64,000 bases of DNA. Source: Bugula neritina. Its lineage: Eukaryota; Animalia; Bryozoa. The first letter of the stretch is position 1. Each line of letters starts with the position of its first letter. The stretch lies in assembly GCA_964035545.1 (NCBI GenBank), contig OZ037771.1, positions 8,983,408 through 9,047,407 of the forward strand, read 5' to 3'. Below are positions 31,101 to 51,547 of the stretch, in pieces. Under the pieces are notes generated by a model. The model ran no database searches. It was not told where the DNA came from and saw only the letters and a program-made list of their open reading frames with translations. The position numbers were made by a program, and so were the translations under genes.

Positions 31101-32755
31101 GTGCAATAAATCCTCACTGATGCCCTCTATTAAATTATTATTCTAACATTACACTGGTTGAAACTGTTTGACACCATTTGACATCGTCAAGAATACAATT
31201 GCAATTCAAAACTTACATAATTTCAGTATAAACTTATAAACAATATGAAAAATATAAGGAGTTCCATTCCAAAGAAAAGAAACAACATAATTAATCTGGC
31301 TGTTCTGTAGAAAGCTTTTCTTTATAGGTTCTTAATATAGCTTAGAGAGCTAATCAAACTCTCACAAACTTGACTACAGTAATCCTCAACAGTGGTGACA
31401 TCACCATATTTCATATAGCCTACATTCACCTGTCTTCCAAGAAATCTTCGTCATCTGATTCAATCTGCTTTTTCTCTCTAGTGCCGCAATTTTTCATTTT
31501 TGCTAGAAACCTTTCATATGCCTCATCATCTGACGAATCTGATTGTGCATTTCTCATTCTGTTGCCAGCATTACTTCCGGGTGAATTAGTGGGGGAGGTG
31601 ACTGCTGTTGTTTTGTCACCTGGTGCATTAACCTTAAATGACGTCTCACTATCATCCCTTTCATCGCATTGACTCTGAACCAAGTCAATTGAATTCAGAC
31701 TAAAACTGTCACCATCATCATCTTGGCCATCAGAAGCAGATGATTTGGTTTGCCTGTATTAATAGAAACAAAACAACATTGTTAATAATCATCTAAACTT
31801 TACATATTCATAACTTTCAAAAAGAACTAAGTTGCATTCTCTTAAGTTCCCAGTTTTTGGAAGAGAAACATAAACTTTCACAAATCTGATTTCATTTCAG
31901 TTCAATAAAACACGCTATATAAACATGCATATGGCGCTCAATAAGTATTTTGCTGTTGCTGTGTTTTTAATGGTTTTTTAATGTAACAAAGTTATTTCTG
32001 TACCAAAATGGTTATGTCTTAATATTTTCATATTTAGAAAAAAGTTAGCACTTTAGAATGAATAATAAATATCAACATAATTTCCACATTTTATTTTATA
32101 GCTAATACGTTTGTGTTTGTGTGTTTGTGCATGCCAGTGGTGTGTTAGATAAAACAAGATTTGCAGCACACTTTTGCAATGACCGTGCAATTTGAAATAG
32201 TGACCTTCACCTATGGCACTGAATAGCTCCATCTGTGGATGTGATGTCACCACCAAACAGCTCCAGTTCCTCATCTGAACTTAGTTGAAGACTCTTTTCA
32301 GGCAACAGTATTGAGGCTATGACATAATATATAATAGTATTGAGACCATGACATATAATATATAACAGTATTGAGGCTATGACATATAATTATAACAGTA
32401 TTGAGGCTATGACATATATAAAAGAGTTCAGGCAGACTGGAACTGGCTACTCCAATAGTTAATTCACTTTGAAACAAGAAACATCTAAATTGAAAAGAGT
32501 ATCTATGATTCAACTGTGCATAATACCTGTATGTTATATTTCTGATGCATATAACAAGCTAGGTATAGTTGGTAAATATTAAGGCTTCTACTGACCTCTG
32601 AACTGCCATATCACAACAATAAGAAGACAGTAGCCTATAGAGGTTACTGACTACAGACTGAAAAACTCACTTTTCTTTGAGGAGAGTAAAAGTTCTCTAG
32701 CTTTACATCCTTCTGCAATCAGTTCATCAAACGAGTCATCAGAATCCATATTCAT
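10109..32755 (-). CDS. GCNA: Germ cell nuclear acidic protein / acidic repeat-containing protein (acidic disordered N-terminus, SprT metalloprotease, Zn ribbon, HMG-like tail)
   Basis: Phase-consistent minus-strand exons 32755-32671, 32316-32211, 31753-31430, 30762-30664, 30377-30331, 30045-29932, 29409-29306, 28917-28805, 28442-28206, 28121-28037, 27625-27493, 27172-27091, 11409-11287, 11017-10873, 10201-10109. Motifs [34 protein letters not shown] (HExxH), [49 protein letters not shown]. Confidence 0.93.
11810..12134 (+). mobile_element. Penelope-like retroelement 3' fragment (GIY-YIG endonuclease C-terminus plus 3' UTR)
   Basis: 11810-11956 translates [42 protein letters not shown], the typical Penelope C-terminal CxLCLxEK...LNxRxE...CRH motif; a hammerhead-like motif follows. 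Confidence 0.85.
12077..12134 (+). ncRNA. Degenerate type I minimal hammerhead ribozyme (Penelope-associated)
   Basis: CTGACcA core (12086-12092; consensus CTGANGA), stem II GTGCA/TGTAC, GAAA (12111-12114), short stem III, GTA cleavage triplet, stem I TCTGACAC/aTGTgAGA (6 of 8 pairs). Confidence 0.6.
12520..13489 (+). mobile_element. RTE-clade LINE 3' fragment (degenerate reverse transcriptase and tail)
   Basis: [24 protein letters not shown] (the YADD segment is deleted), [45 protein letters not shown]; ends in an AGTAAGTAA tail; contains frameshifts. Confidence 0.88.
13490..13650 (+). mobile_element. Second small LINE RT fragment
   Basis: [25 protein letters not shown] resembles the RT motif EKxxExNKELHxxFxDLEKAYD. 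Confidence 0.55.
14432..15560 (-). repeat. H2A-bearing cassette, copy 1 (direct repeat of 22017-23595)
   Basis: Alignable blocks 14432-15135 with 22017-22745, and ~15290-15560 with ~23378-23595. Confidence 0.85.
14442..14799 (-). pseudogene. H2A: Histone H2A pseudogene, copy 1
   Basis: [32 protein letters not shown], then a frameshifting deletion, then [45 protein letters not shown]...[10 protein letters not shown]...[12 protein letters not shown]. Premature stops; no histone 3' stem-loop seen. Confidence 0.92.
16230..16475 (+). mobile_element. PIF/Harbinger transposase (DDE_Tnp_4) relic, 5' piece
   Basis: [35 protein letters not shown]...[24 protein letters not shown], the standard Harbinger IIDCTE/GRASD motifs; cut at a TA by the pogo element. 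Confidence 0.88.
16476..21942 (+). mobile_element. pogo/Tigger-family (Tc1/mariner superfamily) DNA transposon, full length but defective
   Basis: Imperfect TIRs GGGGAGAGTGGGGTGGGTTAGGCATAT (16476-) and, reverse-complemented, GTGGAAAGTGAGGTGGGTTGGGCACAT (-21942); TA TSDs at 16474-16475 and 21943-21944; the Harbinger reading frame rejoins across it. Confidence 0.9.
17044..19660 (+). pseudogene. pogo-type transposase pseudogene (HTH_psq, CENP-B HTH, DDE_1) with spliceosomal introns
   Basis: MPRKHERKT...GVSRSTLQ (HTH), [77 protein letters not shown] (catalytic D changed to N), QPLD deleted, [12 protein letters not shown]. Introns 17417-17574 and ~17718-17899; stops and frameshifts. Confidence 0.88.
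21945..22016 (+). mobile_element. PIF/Harbinger transposase relic, 3' piece
   Basis: [24 protein letters not shown] continues the Harbinger motif order (SGFL...MADRGF) directly after the right TA of the pogo element. Confidence 0.85.
22017..23595 (-). repeat. H2A-bearing cassette, copy 2
   Basis: Same blocks as copy 1, with a longer unshared middle segment (~22745-23378). Confidence 0.85.
22027..22391 (-). pseudogene. H2A: Histone H2A pseudogene, copy 2
   Basis: Start codon mutated to ATA; [82 protein letters not shown]..., a frameshift, then [27 protein letters not shown]. Confidence 0.93.
24240..25346 (+). mobile_element. Ty3/Gypsy-like LTR retrotransposon relic (leader and degenerate gag)
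   Basis: GC-rich block in an AT-rich intron; broken frames [25 protein letters not shown]...[16 protein letters not shown]...[12 protein letters not shown] resemble retrotransposon gag; truncated by the adjacent MITE. Confidence 0.5.
25347..26349. mobile_element. hAT-like MITE / non-autonomous DNA transposon
   Basis: Imperfect TIRs AGGGCTCTGAAATTTGAAC and, reverse-complemented, AGTGCTCTGAAATTTCAAC about 1 kb apart; no TSD found. Confidence 0.55.
29515..29930. repeat. Compound (TA/CA)-rich tandem repeat (ACACATAGTATATACAT-like)
   Basis: Directly visible; abuts the GCNA donor site at 29931. Confidence 0.9.
32304..32420. repeat. ~30-bp tandem repeat (4 units) containing a GCNA splice acceptor
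   Basis: Unit AACAGTATTGAGGCTATGACATATAATAT; each intact unit reads CATAG|CCTCAATACTGTT on the minus strand. Confidence 0.88.
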
Positions 32756-33030
32756 ATCTCTAAGAAAAATAACATCAAATGTGCAACATGAGCTAGTTAC
32801 AGTTATTACTGCAGTGCTTGCATAACAACACCAGGCATCCATACAAGTTTAATTCTCATGTTCTTCAGGTAAAAACTACACTTACATTATAATATTCCAT
32901 TTTATGACAAATCTAACAGTAATAGTCATAATAATGACCATCAGTACAGGCAATGACTATACTGGCTCAAGCTGTTACGTTACGTTTAATGTGCATTTAA
33001 TGATTTTCGATAAACCACTGCAATAAAAAG

Positions 33031-33225
33031 CTCACACAAGTTTACCTTCACTATCCCTGTGAGAAACCCTTAAAAGTGGGCTAAATACTTATTTATATGG
33101 GGCACAGGAGCAATTATGACTGGATGCTTTTCCTAACATCACTGAGGGCTTTTTTCAGGAGTTCGAACCCATGACTTCATGTTTATTACGCTAAACGCTT
33201 TAATCCCTAGACCACAGTTGCTCCC
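33031..33225 (-). mobile_element. tRNA-derived SINE, copy 1
   Basis: Minus strand starts GGGAGCAACTGTGGTCTAGGGATT (A-box-like) and has GGTTCGAACTCC (B box); homologous to 41825-42018 and 59443-59658. Confidence 0.85.
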
Positions 33226-33949
33226 TGAACCACGGCACTAAAGTGTAAACATTATTTTCAAAATTTCAGTGGGTATGCCTGTTACAGTGTACTCAAGTTA
33301 ACAGACACCCATAATATATTGCATGAGTATCACAATAATTAGTATATTGTATCTAAACAAAATGAAGATATGTTTCTTAAAATATTTAAACTAGTGGATC
33401 GACTAACTACTTTAGCTCTCAGTTAATGTAATATAAATTACAAATAATGATAATGACAAAACATCAAGTACAACTACACTAATACTGATCGACAGACTAA
33501 CAGCCAAACTATAAACTTACATAACTAATACTGTGAGTATAACATTATGATTATAAATGTTGTCATTATGAATAAACTTAACTATAAGTTATAATCATAC
33601 TAGCAATATTCATAGTTATAGTATATGTATATATTATATTTACTCGTAATCACAGTCTGAGTTATTGACTGTGATTTAGTTCAACAGTTTTAGCAGCAAC
33701 AACTACTTTGTTATTGTTATGGGGCTAGTAATAGTTCCGCAATTGCTAAGCATAACTATAAATATAAATATTACTATTGCTAATACTTTTAGTCTTACAG
33801 CTAGTCTTACAGTTATTACTCACTAGTCACTGAATTTAAATAATGATGTAAATATTACTGTAATACTTCTACTAATTCTGTTATACAACATAATAAATAT
33901 AATAGGATAATTTCAACTTTTATTTCATACAAATAATTACTATTATAAC

Positions 33950-35000
33950 TAAGACTGTTAGCTAAACATAAAAGACAACTACCAGTACCACTACCACCAC
34001 TGGTACTAGTACTACTACTAATCTAATAGTACTATCAGTATTAGTATCAGTCGAGAATGAGTAGCCTAGGTCAGTACGGGCACCACTGGTACTACCACTA
34101 CTGCAGCACGGGTACTGGTACTACTAGTACTACTAGTGGTACTCCTACTACCATCATTAAAATTGATTAATATCCTCACAATGAATATCAGTATGGCTAC
34201 AACTACAAGTACTAGATGTAGAACTAAGTCTAACAGTAACTCGTACCACCTTTTACTACAATCACAGCGCTACTTTCCTACTACTTGTACCATTAGTAGT
34301 ACTACTAGTAATCCCAGCGCCATTGCCGTTGCCACCACTACTAATAGTAGTGCTAGTATTACTACTACCAGTTCCATCACTACAACCAAAACGACTGTAA
34401 ATGTTACTGTTAGTGTAACCCTACAACTGTCACTCACACTGTGAGTGTGACTGTCAAGGTGGTCTTTAAAATGAAAATAATTACAAGTTTACTTACAGTT
34501 ACACTATTAACTATTAAGTATTACTATTAGTATTAGTATCACTACCCTATCTACTATAAGTATAACTATTACATTTACTATTAGTATTACTATTAGTAAT
34601 AGTAAAACTAATACAGTAATAATAATAGTATTAGTATTACTCTTAGTCTTACTATCACTATGAGTATAACTCATTACTGATTACTGTGTAACTATAAGAC
34701 ATAAGTATGAGTATAACTATAACTACTATAAGTATAAGTATAACTATAAGTATGATAATTATAATAATATCAATAACTGAATAAGATTAAGAATAAGTAT
34801 AATAGTTAATACTAATAGTAATACTAATTAGTAATAGTAAAGCTAATACTAATAGTAATACTAATAGTAATACTAATACTAATAGTAAATCATAAATGTA
34901 ATACTATAAGTATAAGTATAACTATTACTATAAGTATAAGTATAAGTATAATCATAATCATAATGATAAATAGTTATAATAATAATGATTATCGTTATCA
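33950..35000. repeat. Low-complexity ACT/AGT/AAT (TAATAC/TAATAG-rich) tract
   Basis: Degenerate 3/6-bp periodic sequence in the probable GCNA first intron. Confidence 0.8.
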
Positions 35001-35279
35001 CGTTATGATTATCATAAATCATATTCATCATCACTATCAACAGCATTATGATTAATATTATTATTTATTTATTATATTTTAATTTATAATATTAATTATG
35101 ATTATCGTTGATTTAAATTTATTAAAATTAAAATTAGTGATCAATGATACCATCGATTTTAACTGTTGGCGTACCTTTATCATTAACACTATAGATCTTA
35201 ACGTCACTTAGCATAATGAACTCAAATAAATACTAAGAAAATTCAGCATAATGATAATCATTTCTATATTCCAGCATGG

Positions 35280-35560
35280 TATTTTATACCTCGCCTCGAG
35301 AAAATCACATTGCGTTTTCCCTCCAAGTTTACCAGGAAATCGCTTGAAACAGCACCAAAGTAGTTGTCACTGCACGCAATCACCCCTAACTTGGTGTTGC
35401 TTCTAAAGATATTTAGTTGAGCAATATAAAGTATATAACTTAGCAATATTTTAAAAACAATTTCACTATATTAATGGGGTGGAAAGAACAAAATATCGAT
35501 GTGAAACCTTTGATGTGCGCTTCTGTCAGGAACTTGTTTTGGGTAAAATAGTTATTTTAT
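35280..35560. promoter_or_regulatory. Probable bidirectional promoter and non-coding first exons of GCNA (-) and EARS2 (+)
   Basis: The genes are head-to-head; local CpG enrichment; candidate minus-strand donor (GAG|GTATAA) near 35289 and plus-strand donor (TGG|GTAAAA) near 35543; both first coding exons begin at splice acceptors. Confidence 0.5.
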
Positions 35561-35939
35561 CGCATTATTGTAAACCTCTTTAAAAACTTTATAGACATAA
35601 CTCAATTCGCTTATTGAATTATCTAAGGCGAATAAGGTACTGGAAAACAATTACTAAAACTTATAAACAAACGAAGTGAAATCGCTGTTAAGTCATGCTA
35701 GTTGATAAACTTGAGAAACTTATTTGTTTTGTTTTATTTTATATTATATTCATATTCCAGTTGGCACGTAACCACTATCAGGCTAATACTGAAGAAGGCG
35801 AAGAGTGAAACCGGAACAGACTTGCTCACTCTCAGTGACGGAGAGTGAAACTCAGCAGATTGAGATAACAGCTACAAAATAGTATAATACTCACTCACTC
35901 AAATAGCCAAACCGGAGCCCAATGCCAATGACAATGTGA

Positions 35940-36900
35940 ATGTAATACTTACAGTTAGTGTTACTACTTAGTCTTATACTTATAGTTATACTAATAGTAA
36001 TACTGAGTAATAGTAATACTTATACTGATACTAATAGTAATACTAATAGTATTACTATTAGTCTAATAGTAAATTTAATACTAATAGTAATACTAATAGT
36101 AATACCGAGACTAAGTCTAATCTTATACTTATATTAATACTTATAGTTATACTAATACTGATACAGTTATTGTCAATGTTATAGTTAATGTTATAGTTGA
36201 TGTTATATTAATACTAATACTAATAGCAAATGTAATAATTATAGTTATACTAAGTAATACTAATAGTAAATAGTAATACTAATAAAGTAATACTATTACT
36301 AATACTAATACTAATAGTAATACTAATACTAATACTAATACTAATACTAATACTAATACTAATACTAATACTAATAGACAATAGTAATACTAATAGTAAT
36401 ACTAGGTAAAATGCTAATGTAATAGCTAATAGTAATACTTATAGTAATACTTGATAGTAAAGCTAAATGTAATAATAATACTCTAATAGGAATAGTAATA
36501 GACAATGGTAATAATACCAATAGTATTAGTATAACTATAAGACTAAGTATTACTATTAGTATTAGTATTAGTAGTACAGTATTACTAATTAATAATACTA
36601 TTACTATAGTATTGGTTTTCGTGCTACTAGTACTAGGTCTAGAACTAGTAGTGTAGTACTACTAATACTAGTAGTACTTCTAGACCTAGTAGTAGTACTA
36701 TTAGTATGGTAATAATAATATTAATATAGTATTAGTATTGTTACAGTACTACTAATTACTATTACAGTATTAGTATTACTATTACTATAGTATTGGTTTT
36801 AGTACTACTACTGCTACCACTACTAGGCCTAAAAATAGGCCTAGAACTAAGCTTAGAGCTAGGTCTAGAACTAGTAGTGTAGTAGTTCTAATGCTACTAG
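35940..36900. repeat. Low-complexity (TAATAC)n / TAG-rich tract
   Basis: Includes near-perfect (TAATAC)n at about 36300-36375; probable EARS2 first intron. Confidence 0.85.
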
Positions 36901-38011
36901 TCAGTGAGGTTGTCATTGCAAAGTATGTGTTGCTCTTTCAGCCATGTTTCTTATTTGAGTGCCTTAAAGTAATAACTACATAACTGTTGGTATCAAGTAT
37001 ACTGGTATCAGGTTGTGGTGCATTCATCTACTTACAGCAGTTTGAAATATAGTCAGATACTTTACAAGGCAATTTTTTTTCGTTATTCTTTTCCTCATTG
37101 GGAGGGGGGGGGGCTCTTTACCATCCCCTAATCTAGACATATAATCAGTAAGATTTATGTTGCTAGTGTTTCCTCACTAATAGGTATTCAACTAGTACTT
37201 CCTTGAATGTAAGAACATGAGATTTAGTTGCTTTGAGATATCTGGATACTCTCTGGCTGCTGAGATGTGTTGTAGTTTTCAGAAATTGGTACATTGTTTA
37301 CACACACCAGCCTATATTTGGCCTGGTTGCCATCGATAATCATTGAATGAATTATTAGCAAATTATTTGTATTAATTTATTGTTTGAGTGATTCTCCCAA
37401 TAATTGTTATCAGCAAAGTTATGGAAGACTTTTGTCTTATTTTGTGTATGGGACTTTTGATTAGTGCTAGTAGTTGGTGTTAAATGTTATAATTCTATTC
37501 CTAAGAATATTAGTGATAATTGCAAAATTTGTACTTTTATTATGAAATTTTCATGGAGAATAATTTTCAATAGTTCTAGCTTTAATTAAGTGTAGATGTT
37601 ATTATTTGTTTTGGTAATTTAAGTGTATTGTGATTACAACTTGTGATTACTTTACTGTAATTTTTCCCAAAAAGCTCCCAAGTATCTTTAGCCAATACAT
37701 TTTGAATATAAATATATTAAGCCTGTATGATATCTAATGTTTGTGATTAATAATATAGCACTCTAGTTTTTACAATTAATGTCAGCAATCTGCTAATAGT
37801 GGTTGACTATTTTCAATGCAATTTCATACTTCTATTAATAAAATATAGGCTCCAGTTAGTGCAACAGTTCCGATGGGTGATTTAAAAGGTTATGTATAAA
37901 CTTAAAGAGTATGATGATGTATGTTTTCCTTTGTAGAAACATTTTTAGGAAGATAGTGTTGTTGAACTAGATGAATGTCATCCTACAGCTGGTGGTTGTC
38001 TCAATATTAGG

Positions 38012-48549
<10,538 letters not shown>

Positions 48550-51547
48550 AGTCTTCTAGCTATGAGGTAAATAGTATCAATATCGCCCATTGACATATGC
48601 TTGTGCCCAGATTTACTTTCGGTATTACCTGTCCAGGCTAAAAGTGTGGGTTACTCAATAACTTTTATCCTTAAAACTGCAGGAATACAAGCACTTTCAT
48701 CAGTTATGCTACCAGAAACCTACAGTCCAGTGCTAACTTGATCTGCACTCAAATAAAAAATAAGAAATGCAGCTTATTTTACATTTATTGGATATGTTTT
48801 CACTGTGGAAATTTTGAACAAGAATGTTTATTGATAACTTTTTCCTGATATGCTTTGAGAGACCAGGCTATTCTTGTTTTGTTGATACTCACTCAGCACT
48901 TTTTCTAAGAAGTACTGGAGCATACATCAACTTGAAATCTTCTGGAAAATGTGGCCCTACCATGACATTTTTTTGTTGCACTCCTTATATTATAATTATA
49001 AAATTTTCTGTTATATTATATTCTGTTATATTATATTCTCTGTAATGACCTGTTCGGATTAAGACGTTTTTTCAAAAAGACACAAGTGCTGAAACTGGCT
49101 GCCACATAAACTAAATTGTGATGAAAAGCATATTGAAACTACAGTATTTTCTTGCTGGCTAAAAATGTTTGTGTAATAATAGACATTTTTGTAAATGAAT
49201 GGATTTGTTGGAATTATCCAGCCAATTAGTTGTTTTAAAAAGTTTTGATTATTCAGACGTTCAAAAATTACATCTGTTTTTGTAAAATCATTGATATAAA
49301 ACATACATGTTTCACTAAAGCATCTCAATGTAAGCAAATCTTTATTCTGTCACAGCATCTACTTTTCTTTGCATAGAAAATTGCTAATGAACACGGAGTT
49401 GTCTTCTATCCTACAAAATTTGATAGAATGCACATGTGGAAAAACTATAGCTTAGTTCATTAGTTGCACCATACATGTCTGATGTGGAACTCAATGAACT
49501 GTTTTAATAGGGGGAGCTATGTTGTGCAGTTAAACTTATGTCTATAGTATCAATTTATTATAGGCATACGTTTTAAGCTTTTATATTATGGCTGCCTTGG
49601 AATTAAAGAAAATATTTCTGGGGACTATTTTTATGACAGCTGTTATTTTCTTATGCGTATATTACTTGCAGTAAGCATCTGTGGTTTAGTGCTATTTTCT
49701 CTACACGTGGTTATAAGCATGCAAATGGTTGGCTCTTGTAGAGTAAAAGTTGCTTTCTATACTTATTTATTTTTTATGCAAACATGAATTGCATATGCAC
49801 AACTAGTATTTACCTTCGTTCACATTTGGATTAATAAATTATTATCAAATGACTAAATTTAAGAAGAGTCATATTCAACTTCAACAGTTATGTTTTTATT
49901 TGCTAACTATTTTAGTTGGTTTTAAAACAGGATGATTATATTAGTGATTGGTTTTTTTTGTGTGACCATTTCCATGGTCACTAAAACTGATAAATTATGA
50001 TTTTGGTGTTTGGAGCTAATGCTAAAACTAGTTAGCACGTATAATTTTGTGATTCAGTAAAATTCAGTTTCACTAACTGCTAATTAAAATCTGGTGCAGG
50101 CAGTGCCTGCTATATTTTCAATGTTTTGTCTTACAAAGTATAATAACATACCCAAAAATACCAAGATATCTACAGATACTTATTTTCCAGGGTGATTAGA
50201 AAACATAGACGGCAGGCAGCTACACATCTATTGGAAACATATACTCATCATATATCAGTCGAAACACACTTGGATAATCATATTAGAATACATCTTGTGC
50301 CTCAACAGAATTCTACCGAGTACAGCAGCTTGGTATAAGAAATTATTTTATATAGATGCTAGAAGACCATTGTAAAGTAAATTCTTTAATAGAATATTGT
50401 TTTTAAATACAAACGCAGTAGGGCTCTCATTATGTTGAATTTTTTCGCAAATTACACTGCTCATAGTTTTTACCAATACATTACTAGCATCATGGACAAA
50501 GTCGCCCCGTATCCTAATAATCACCTGACTGTTCTCACTTTCTTCAATTTCAACTGCAGGATATAAATATGAGCTATTTAAATGCCCAGTTTTGTTTCAT
50601 ACCAGTGATGGTGGTTGTGTGTTTTTATTTTTCATTATCTTACTGTTAGTGATTTAATGTTATTTAAGATTTTTCACGGTTGTTTTGTGTATACTGCTGT
50701 GGATATTAGAACTATATCAAGTTCTTTTATTTACCTATGTGTATAAATTTTTACTAATTTGTTAGCTTCCGATAATGATAATAAATATTATATATATATA
50801 TATTCAAGGACGTCACTTTACCATGTTTGAAAATTTTATTGTTAATATAAAATGTCAACACGATGTAAATAAAGTTCACACTGGAAGCAAAAGATTGTAA
50901 CGAATGCAGCCTGTAGATGGCATGATATGTCTAGCAATTCTAGTTGTTGTTTAGGAATAAATATGACAGAACTTAATATATAAAAGACAAACATTCAATA
51001 GTCAACACACCTAACTAAGTACATCATAATATTGTATGAGATCAATCAATATAATTCAGAGAGATTTTTTGAAAAAAAATACAAATATGTCAAGTAATGA
51101 TGAAGAACAATAACTAATGGCTACTAGATGACAACTATTTACGAGTTGAGATTATTTGTATGTAAAATCTTATACTTTCTGTAAAGGGTAAAGCGACACT
51201 GGCGGGAATATGTACTTCTAGGTTTTGCTAGCAGTGACTATTGCTGCTTCAAAAATGCAAATAAAGACCATTGTTTAGGGCTTTATAATAAAATAAAATA
51301 ATTGGAGCTATGGATCACTGTAGGCTTCCTCAAGTGAACACTTTAAACCACCTGTTGGACCCACGGAGAATATTCAGGCATTAAAAAACCCATAACAACT
51401 TTGCCAGTTAATTTGAAGGTAAATTAATTGTTGAGAATCTATCCAGCAATGTTAGTACGTCTCCATTCTCTGTATCAACCAAGATGTGAAGTCACACGCA
51501 TGATGCTTTTAGCAAACAGCCAGTTTCTCTGATGGAAGTCACAGGTT

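Noticed and set aside
33130-33225. Possible tRNA gene
   Set aside because: A/B boxes are present but there is no intact cloverleaf; it is the head of a SINE.
34136-34444. Thr/Ser-rich mucin-like ORF
   Set aside because: Part of the ACT-periodic low-complexity tract; no supporting splice structure.
35788-35815. CTGAAGA...GAAAC hammerhead-like core
   Set aside because: Stem II does not pair and stems I and III could not be formed.
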